54,755 bases of DNA from a virus (lineage: Duplodnaviria; Caudoviricetes): positions 1 through 54,755 of the IMG/VR virus record IMGVR_UViG_3300047550_001848, one strand, 5' to 3'. The notes beneath the pieces were generated by a model, which saw only the letters and a program-made list of their open reading frames with translations, searched no databases and was not told the DNA's origin. The position numbers and the translations under genes were made by a program. Shown in pieces: positions 48,484 to 54,755 of the stretch (position 1 is the first letter of the stretch; each line of letters starts with the position of its first letter).

Positions 48484-49311
48484 TTATGGCGCTCCTCCCA
48501 ACTCGTGGTCGAAGGGTACGCGGAAGCCCGCTGCGTTTGCATGGCCCCCGCCGCCATACTGCTTGGCAACGTCACTCACATCTACTGCTCCAACCCCGCG
48601 CAATGAATATACCCGATACGCGGGCGCATCCCAGTAGGTAGCAGCAAAAAATTCTCCGGTGCTCGCCATGAGGTTCCCTGCATCAGACGCAAACATATAT
48701 GGCATATTTGCTACAGGCACATTGTAGCCACCAATGATACGCCGATGCTTCGTCTGTCTTAACATCTCCAACATCTCTTTGTGATGTACCCGCTCAATCG
48801 CGCGCCCCTCTGCAATCAACGTGTTCACGTCGACCTTCATCAGTTCATCCCACACATCAAAGTCGTAGGGGTGGCTAAAGAGGTTGCTCTGTATCTCCCG
48901 CGTATAGGGTAGTGCAAAGCGCCACAGATCCCGATCCTCAATATGATGCAGCAAGCGCGGGGCATCTTCGACCTTGCCACGCAGGTAGATCCACGCGAGC
49001 ATCGCGCCCGAGTGATCGAGATCAGAGAACGACCGCAACGCCCCACAGGATACCAACGGGGCGAGATCTTCGATAGCAGTTTTGTGATGGTCAATCAGTA
49101 TGACTTTATCTGCTACGTTGATCATCCTTTCTACAACATCCCGCTTGTAGCTGAAGTCCACGAGGAAAACTTTTCTCCCGGTTACATCAGGCGGCGGGTC
49201 GCTGTACACACCAGCATGGAAGTCTATGTCCCCGCCGTAATGCTTCTTGAATACCCAAGCTGCGCCAAACCCGTCTGCGCAGTTTCCATGATAGATACAA
49301 ATCGGCTTCAT
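48484..49311 (-). CDS. DHH/DHHA1 family phosphoesterase
   Basis: YHGNCADG, LVDFS, IDHH, DRDLW, GGGHANAAGF. Confidence 0.9.
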   Translation of the reverse strand: MKPICIYHGNCADGFGAAWVFKKHYGGDIDFHAGVYSDPPPDVTGRKVFLVDFSYKRDVVERMINVADKVILIDHHKTAIEDLAPLVSCGALRSFSDLDHSGAMLAWIYLRGKVEDAPRLLHHIEDRDLWRFALPYTREIQSNLFSHPYDFDVWDELMKVDVNTLIAEGRAIERVHHKEMLEMLRQTKHRRIIGGYNVPVANMPYMFASDAGNLMASTGEFFAATYWDAPAYRVYSLRGVGAVDVSDVAKQYGGGGHANAAGFRVPFDHELGGAP

Positions 49312-49493
49312 TACCCCTCCTGCTTCTTAATAAATTTCCGGTACGCTTCCCACGTCTTACGCACATCGGTACCTGCTGCGGGAGTCGGCCTGAACGACGT
49401 GCTTTCAAGGATGTAAATCCCCCGCCACCGCAGATACTCAACTGCCTTAGCTTTTGCCTGCTCCATTGCTTCTGTCATTTCACAGTCTTCCAA
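49311..49493 (-). CDS. Hypothetical protein
   Basis: Coupled ORF in the early operon. Confidence 0.6.
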   Translation of the reverse strand: MEDCEMTEAMEQAKAKAVEYLRWRGIYILESTSFRPTPAAGTDVRKTWEAYRKFIKKQEG

Positions 49494-49900
49494 TCATGTT
49501 GTTTAAGCCACCCATTCGCAAATGCCCTTGCCGATAGCGCCCCAGCGGTATTTTTTTTAGCAGCGTATCGACCCCCCTCCTGCCGTGCGTTAAGTTCTCG
49601 CTGTATCCCTGTATTGACGCAGTGTTTTGTCTTACCCCACAACTTTATCGCCCGCGCGTCATCTGCTCCGTCCCATAACGCCTCGGATACCGGCGAAAAA
49701 TACTTTGCCAACCAAACCCGTGCGTCTATTTTTAGCGTGATGTCACCTCCACTCTCTAACTTCTTTAGCTCTTCAAACGTTGCATACAAATCCTTACCGT
49801 TGTACTTCTGATAAGTAGCAATAGCGGCTGACATTTTCTTGGCTTTCCTCCATGCGGAAAGAACGCAGGTCATCCAAATATACTCGTCAGCATCCATCAT
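49475..49900 (-). CDS. Hypothetical protein
   Basis: GGGGG SD; 141 aa. Confidence 0.6.
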   Translation of the reverse strand: MMDADEYIWMTCVLSAWRKAKKMSAAIATYQKYNGKDLYATFEELKKLESGGDITLKIDARVWLAKYFSPVSEALWDGADDARAIKLWGKTKHCVNTGIQRELNARQEGGRYAAKKNTAGALSARAFANGWLKQHDWKTVK

Positions 49901-49960
49901 GCCCCCAGTAGCAGCGCAGCGAGCCCAAGGATGGCTACCCCTACGACCAAGACTTCAACA

Positions 49961-50149
49961 TCAACGCCAAACGAAGTCACGCGGCTCAGTGACTGCTTTA
50001 ATTTTGTCGCAAACATCACACACCCCCTCATGATAAGTTGCTACGTGATCCATCGGCTGTTTGCCCCCGTACATATGGGCGCATTCCATGCAGATCCACC
50101 CCATGTCATTGACGTTGAGCCGTGCCTTATATGTTGCTCCGTAGATCAT
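49961..50149 (-). CDS. Small zinc-finger-like protein
   Basis: CMEC...CDVC; ATGA coupling. Confidence 0.65.
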   Translation of the reverse strand: MIYGATYKARLNVNDMGWICMECAHMYGGKQPMDHVATYHEGVCDVCDKIKAVTEPRDFVWR

Positions 50150-50403
50150 TCCTGCTCCTGTTCCTTAAGATGTCTAAGCCCCTCAGATAGCCATTTGCGG
50201 GACTTACTGCCACTGTGATCAATGTACAGCGCCGCTTCCTCAAGCACAGCATTGCGAGTCGCTTGTACGAACTTCTCAAGTGCTGCGGGGGTAAACCCAT
50301 AGTAATACTCACGCCGCACTTCCTCGTCGTCGCATGCCGTAACGGCGACGAGATCGGATTTTCCCCCGCACTGGAACACCCGTTCGAAGTCTTCACGCTT
50401 CAT
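50146..50403 (-). CDS. Hypothetical protein
   Basis: GAGGA SD; RNAVLEEAA motif. Confidence 0.65.
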   Translation of the reverse strand: MKREDFERVFQCGGKSDLVAVTACDDEEVRREYYYGFTPAALEKFVQATRNAVLEEAALYIDHSGSKSRKWLSEGLRHLKEQEQE

Positions 50404-50632
50404 CGTCGTCCTCTTCTTGCAATACTTCGATCAGCTTCTCCATATAGTGCGCTGCCTTGCGGGCTTCCTGCAACTGCGCATCCTTACTGCCCATCCGCAT
50501 CAGGTACTTGCAGGCATTGCCTCGATAGAACCCGATCTGCTGCTCAAGGGGCCACGTAGCAATTACATCCCATGGCTCGACAGCCATATTCGTGTAGTGG
50601 TCACCCCCTACTTGCCTATCATTCGCTGCCAT
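50393..50632 (-). CDS. DUF3310 (T7 gp1.7/SaV-like) protein
   Basis: QVGGDHY, GNACKYLMR..K, KAAHY. Confidence 0.8.
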   Translation of the reverse strand: MAANDRQVGGDHYTNMAVEPWDVIATWPLEQQIGFYRGNACKYLMRMGSKDAQLQEARKAAHYMEKLIEVLQEEDDDEA

Positions 50633-50934
50633 TACTTCCTCTCTGTGATTTTAATTAAGGCATCTTCAAGTATTTTGACGTTGCTTTCGTTAATAACGAA
50701 GGCATACCCCCCTGCTGTAGCTATCCGCTCTAACTCTCGTATCTGCAATGCTGTCGGTTTATTCGTACCAGCTTTACATTCGATTGCCAAGAAGTACCCG
50801 TCGTGGCACCCGATAATGTCGGGCACTCCGGAGCGTCCATACCCCGCCATATTTGGCGAGAAGTGATATACGCCGTGGGTATCTAGTAACCGCTTAACCT
50901 GCGCTTTGACCTTTCCTTCCGGTGTAGTAGCCAT
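50632..50934 (-). CDS. VRR-NUC nuclease (Holliday junction resolvase-like)
   Basis: PEGKVK, GVPDII, IECKA, PTALQ; GAGG SD before ATG 50934. Confidence 0.88.
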   Translation of the reverse strand: MATTPEGKVKAQVKRLLDTHGVYHFSPNMAGYGRSGVPDIIGCHDGYFLAIECKAGTNKPTALQIRELERIATAGGYAFVINESNVKILEDALIKITERK

Positions 50935-50958
50935 GTGCCCCTCAATTGTCGCCAGTTC

Positions 50959-50987
50959 TTGGGTGTGTGACATATCACACACCCCAA
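50959..50987. promoter_or_regulatory. Extended inverted repeat containing the TGTGAC-AT-ATCACA operator-like motif
   Basis: GGGTGTGTGA-CATA-TCACACACCC in an intergenic position. Confidence 0.6.
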
Positions 50988-50998
50988 TGCCCTATCGC

Positions 50999-51850
50999 TT
51001 ACCACTCAAACCGACTCAGGATTGCATCGACGCTGGCCTTGATTTCTTTACGCGCGCTCTCGTCCTTGCGTAGATCTTTGGCGTCCAGACCGACCAACGT
51101 GCCCTCAAGATGCTTGCGGGCGATCTCCAACGCAGGATCATTCATTACGTTAAGCCGGGTCAACAATCCACACAAGTCGACCGCATTAGTAAGCAACGAA
51201 TCCCTGAAGATCTTGCGCTTACCTTCGTCTCCGTCAGTCAGTCGGTCACTCATGTGAGTGAGGCAGGAGTGCAACCTACCCCATAGGTCTTTCGTGACGG
51301 TACCGAGACGATCATTGTACGCTCGCTGGTACTGCTGCTCCAACTCACGGCGCACGTCATCATCAGCTTGCACCCGCCAGTCCTGCGTGCCCGGTACGGG
51401 GGAGAACGTATAACCCATGTGGAACTTATGTTGGATCTGATCCGCGACCGGATACTCACTGCGGTCGAACAACGCGCCCATCTGGAAGGCTTGCGCTGCG
51501 ATGAGCGTGGGGTACTTGTCGCAGAAGTTTTTCACTGCGTCGTTGAACTTCGCCTCCCACTCGACCAACCCTTGCTTGTACGCAAGAAAGTTAGGCAACG
51601 GAAGCAACCGCTCACCTCCATCAGACCACGGCAGCGTCTGCCGTTGGTTCCACATGCGGATTGCCTTGGACACAGCAATGACGCTTTCCAACTCGACGAC
51701 CCCGGCGAAGAGGTTTTTGTTGTAGTTACCCGCACGAGTGCGAGTGCTCTTCGCTACGTCGATCTCTTCGGATACCTGCCGATCCAGCTTGCGACCAGAC
51801 CATACCGACAACGTGATGTTCACCAACATGCTGTTATCAACGATACTCAT
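50999..51850 (-). CDS. DUF3150-like helical protein
   Basis: WSGRKLD, TLPWSDGG.RLL, FDRSEYP, IFRDSL; GGAG SD. Confidence 0.6.
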   Translation of the reverse strand: MSIVDNSMLVNITLSVWSGRKLDRQVSEEIDVAKSTRTRAGNYNKNLFAGVVELESVIAVSKAIRMWNQRQTLPWSDGGERLLPLPNFLAYKQGLVEWEAKFNDAVKNFCDKYPTLIAAQAFQMGALFDRSEYPVADQIQHKFHMGYTFSPVPGTQDWRVQADDDVRRELEQQYQRAYNDRLGTVTKDLWGRLHSCLTHMSDRLTDGDEGKRKIFRDSLLTNAVDLCGLLTRLNVMNDPALEIARKHLEGTLVGLDAKDLRKDESARKEIKASVDAILSRFEW

Positions 51851-51876
51851 TGCGATACTCCTTGAACGTAAATTGA

Positions 51877-52155
51877 CTAGGACTTAGCTTCTTGCGACTG
51901 TTCTGCTGCGTACAATATCTTACCTAGGGCATAGGTTTCTTCCGACAAGACACGTAGTCTAAGCGAATTGTCGTCGATGTCCATGGGCTTTACCCTTGGT
52001 TCTTGCTTCCTGCTCTCGCTGTTCCATGCTACATCATACAACTCTACCCCATTAGAAAGCGCTTTGAACAACTCCATTGCTGCGTCTGCGTCAAGGATGA
52101 AGTTATGATACCCCAATGATAGGATCATCTTCATCGGTTTTGCTACCTTCCCCAT
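51877..52155 (-). CDS. Hypothetical protein
   Basis: GGAGGT SD; abuts the VWA gene. Confidence 0.7.
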   Translation of the reverse strand: MGKVAKPMKMILSLGYHNFILDADAAMELFKALSNGVELYDVAWNSESRKQEPRVKPMDIDDNSLRLRVLSEETYALGKILYAAEQSQEAKS

Positions 52156-52156
52156 C

Positions 52157-53308
52157 TCACACCTCCAAATGAATTGTTTGCCCGTTACCTGCGATTATGT
52201 TCTTTGTTGTGATGCACCATAACACGGGGCACGGCCATGCCCCGCCCCACTCGCCCCCTACGTGCCCATCGGTTAGCATGATGGCGCAGTCCGGTCGCAA
52301 GCTAGTCTCACGCATGTGACGTGTCACACACTCCGGAGATGTCCCTCCACCCCCCTTGGGCTTGGTTGACTGCGCGAGCATGTCGTACTGCCCTTCGGAG
52401 TATTTCTCATGCGCTGCAACACGGGTATCCCAATACAATAGATCGACGACTTCGGGTTGGACTGTCGTAGCGATGGACGCTACCTCTGCTAGGAATGCCA
52501 CCAGCATCGCCCCGTCCACAGATCCGGACGTATCCACCCCAACCAGCACCCGACCAGCCCGTTCGTTAAAGTGCGACGGAAGATAGATGCCGTTATGTAG
52601 ATGCCTGCGGTTAGGCCGACGCCATGAGGACAAGTCCTTGCCTGCACAGATGGACATTACGAAGTCCCGCAACACTTCACGCCAGTTGATCTTCGGCGCG
52701 AGCAAGTCTCTTACAGCCCGATCTAAACCACTCTCCTCCTTACCCGCCAAGATAGAGCCCTGCTGCAACGCCTCAGTTACTTTATCTGCTAACGCCTCCT
52801 TCTCCTGCTCCGTGAGTTGCCTTGCCTTTCCCCAATCGTGGTGGTCGAACCCCTCACACCCGCCCCCATCGTTGCCATCCTCCTTCAGCTTGCGATATAC
52901 CTCACCTGCATCCATGCCTTGATACTGCAAGTCAAACGCCCCCATCGGCGGCATCTGGATGAAGTTATCCCCGTCGTCCGATAGGACAAGTAGGAGGTTA
53001 ATAACGTGGTCGCATGCAAGGTTGGCAAGCTGCGGGTTCTCTTTCCACATCCACTGCCGCGTTGTCAGATGAAGCAACGCTTTGTGCATGTTCTCGTGCA
53101 GAATAAGAAAGCGCAACTGCGCATCACTCAACCCGGCTACGAACTTCTTGCCGTAGGTGACATTTAGCCCATCGGTACACGCGGTTGGGTAGTCGTCATC
53201 CAAGGATACCTCCCCCATCATGATGACCCCACCCAGACTGCGGTACTTGGGGTGTGAAAGCAACGCAAGCGTTGCCTTCTGTATCGTTTGCTCGATTGTC
53301 AGATCCAT
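52157..53308 (-). CDS. DUF2201-type metallopeptidase-like + VWA domain protein
   Basis: TACTDG, LHENMH (HExxH), NLACDHVIN, MIDAS DTSGS, GGGGT, LTDG. Confidence 0.88.
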   Translation of the reverse strand: MDLTIEQTIQKATLALLSHPKYRSLGGVIMMGEVSLDDDYPTACTDGLNVTYGKKFVAGLSDAQLRFLILHENMHKALLHLTTRQWMWKENPQLANLACDHVINLLLVLSDDGDNFIQMPPMGAFDLQYQGMDAGEVYRKLKEDGNDGGGCEGFDHHDWGKARQLTEQEKEALADKVTEALQQGSILAGKEESGLDRAVRDLLAPKINWREVLRDFVMSICAGKDLSSWRRPNRRHLHNGIYLPSHFNERAGRVLVGVDTSGSVDGAMLVAFLAEVASIATTVQPEVVDLLYWDTRVAAHEKYSEGQYDMLAQSTKPKGGGGTSPECVTRHMRETSLRPDCAIMLTDGHVGGEWGGAWPCPVLWCITTKNIIAGNGQTIHLEV

Positions 53309-53309
53309 A

Positions 53310-54380
53310 TCACACCATCCAGTGATTGTCGGTAGCCCACTTCACAAAGGCACGACTGCTCAGTGCCGCTGAACGAGCGGGAGATTTAAGAACATTCAAT
53401 GCAAACACCCCCTGATATTCCTTCGGGAGTCGCTCACAGTACGTCATCCACGGAGTCATGGTTTTCTGCGATACAAGAGAAATGGCGCTGAAAACCGAGA
53501 CGAAGTTAGCCGCGAAGTCGGTGTGCCCCGGCACCTGTGCCGTGTCAGGCGAAGCAACAATAGCTTCCCACGAGGGTAGCCGGTCGTAAGTCTCCGCGAA
53601 GGTCATGATGTCGTTCGCTGCGGATACACCTACACAACCTGCAAGAGCTACGCGCGCTGCATTCGGGGTAAGGTTTGTGCGTTGGTGCATGATGAAGCTC
53701 GACTTGTGCAGGCTACGTGGGGTGACGCACGCGGCTATTGGTTTATTCGGATAGTTGATGTAGGGGTTACCATCACCATCCTTGTACGATGCAAGGCAAC
53801 GCGGGAACCGCTTGACCCATGCAATAATGACTGGGTGGATGCCGTTATCCATAGCCCACACGATCCACTCTTCGGCATTAGGCTTTCGAATCTCACACAC
53901 AGAGCCACGATTGCGGAACTGACTTTGCACATGATCCCCCAACCCCTCGGCTGCTAGGTTTGACGTAGCAAACACCCGACTACCTGCGGGTAACGCATAC
54001 TCCCCGATCCGCTTCTCGTGAAACAACCGCATGAATGAATTCTGCGTCATGCGGGGTGCCTTGCCGATCTCGTCGATCATGAACAGCACGGGCTTATGCT
54101 CATGGATGTTCAACAAGAAGTTAGGTGCAAACCGGGTCACCTTGATGCCGTTGATGTCCTCAACGAACGGCACCCCAACAAGATCCGACGTATCGAACGT
54201 CGGTGCGTCTGCGTACATACACTGATACCCGGGCATGCGCTTGCCCAACTCATAGAGCATATGCGACTTACCTATACCCATCTCGCCAAGAAAAAGATAC
54301 GACACATCATCCCCGGTGTACTGCACAAGATCGGTTGCTTCTGCCAAAGATACAACGTGGGTGGGTTTGATATCACTCAT
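53310..54380 (-). CDS. MoxR-like AAA+ ATPase
   Basis: GEMGIGKS, FMIDE, ATSN, FRNR, TPRS. Confidence 0.88.
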   Translation of the reverse strand: MSDIKPTHVVSLAEATDLVQYTGDDVSYLFLGEMGIGKSHMLYELGKRMPGYQCMYADAPTFDTSDLVGVPFVEDINGIKVTRFAPNFLLNIHEHKPVLFMIDEIGKAPRMTQNSFMRLFHEKRIGEYALPAGSRVFATSNLAAEGLGDHVQSQFRNRGSVCEIRKPNAEEWIVWAMDNGIHPVIIAWVKRFPRCLASYKDGDGNPYINYPNKPIAACVTPRSLHKSSFIMHQRTNLTPNAARVALAGCVGVSAANDIMTFAETYDRLPSWEAIVASPDTAQVPGHTDFAANFVSVFSAISLVSQKTMTPWMTYCERLPKEYQGVFALNVLKSPARSAALSSRAFVKWATDNHWMV

Positions 54381-54392
54381 GCTATCACTCCT

Positions 54393-54688
<296 letters not shown>

Positions 54689-54692
<4 letters not shown>

Positions 54693-54755
54693 GACGCTCC
54701 CTCGTACTTAGTTACAACACGTATCCACAAGTCGACTTCGGCAAGGGCGTAGCTC
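54689..54755 (-). CDS. 3' end of a paralogous upstream gene (partial)
   Basis: Reads SYALAEVDLWIRVVTKYEGAS*, sharing its C-terminal block with 54393-54692. Confidence 0.55.

Overview
Most of a podovirus-like (P22/T7-type tail, SNF2/PolA-type replication) dsDNA phage genome of roughly mid-GC content. The host is probably a Proteobacterium (inference from sigma70-like promoters, the GH108 lysin and the GroES). The + strand (1.1-38.3 kb) holds the late module: terminases, portal, GroES, scaffold, capsid, a glycosyltransferase, many small basic proteins, adaptor/nozzle, a giant repeat adhesin, tail fibre, lysis genes and three ejection-type proteins including a 1975-aa polyvalent protein. The - strand (38.4-54.7 kb, plus 221-700) holds early/replication genes: AEP primase-helicase, HTH, SSB-like protein, SNF2 helicase, HNH, PD-(D/E)xK nuclease, PolA, DHH phosphoesterase, VRR-NUC, a VWA/metallopeptidase + MoxR AAA+ module and Gly-X repeat genes. 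Both window ends lie in the early region, so part of it is probably missing. No integrase, tRNA, CRISPR array or reverse transcriptase was seen. The most notable unexplained signals are: (i) a double-pseudoknot-like RNA leader after the capsid terminator; (ii) a recurring [FYM]-x-x-G-G motif shared by small basic late proteins and ejection proteins; (iii) a probable overprinted gene inside the polyvalent ejection protein; (iv) a TGTGAC-N2-RTCACA palindrome repeated only in the early region; (v) a tandem array of Gly-Asn/Tyr/Asp microsatellite genes; (vi) an adhesin split in the middle of a motif. All family calls come from motif recognition by eye, not database searches.
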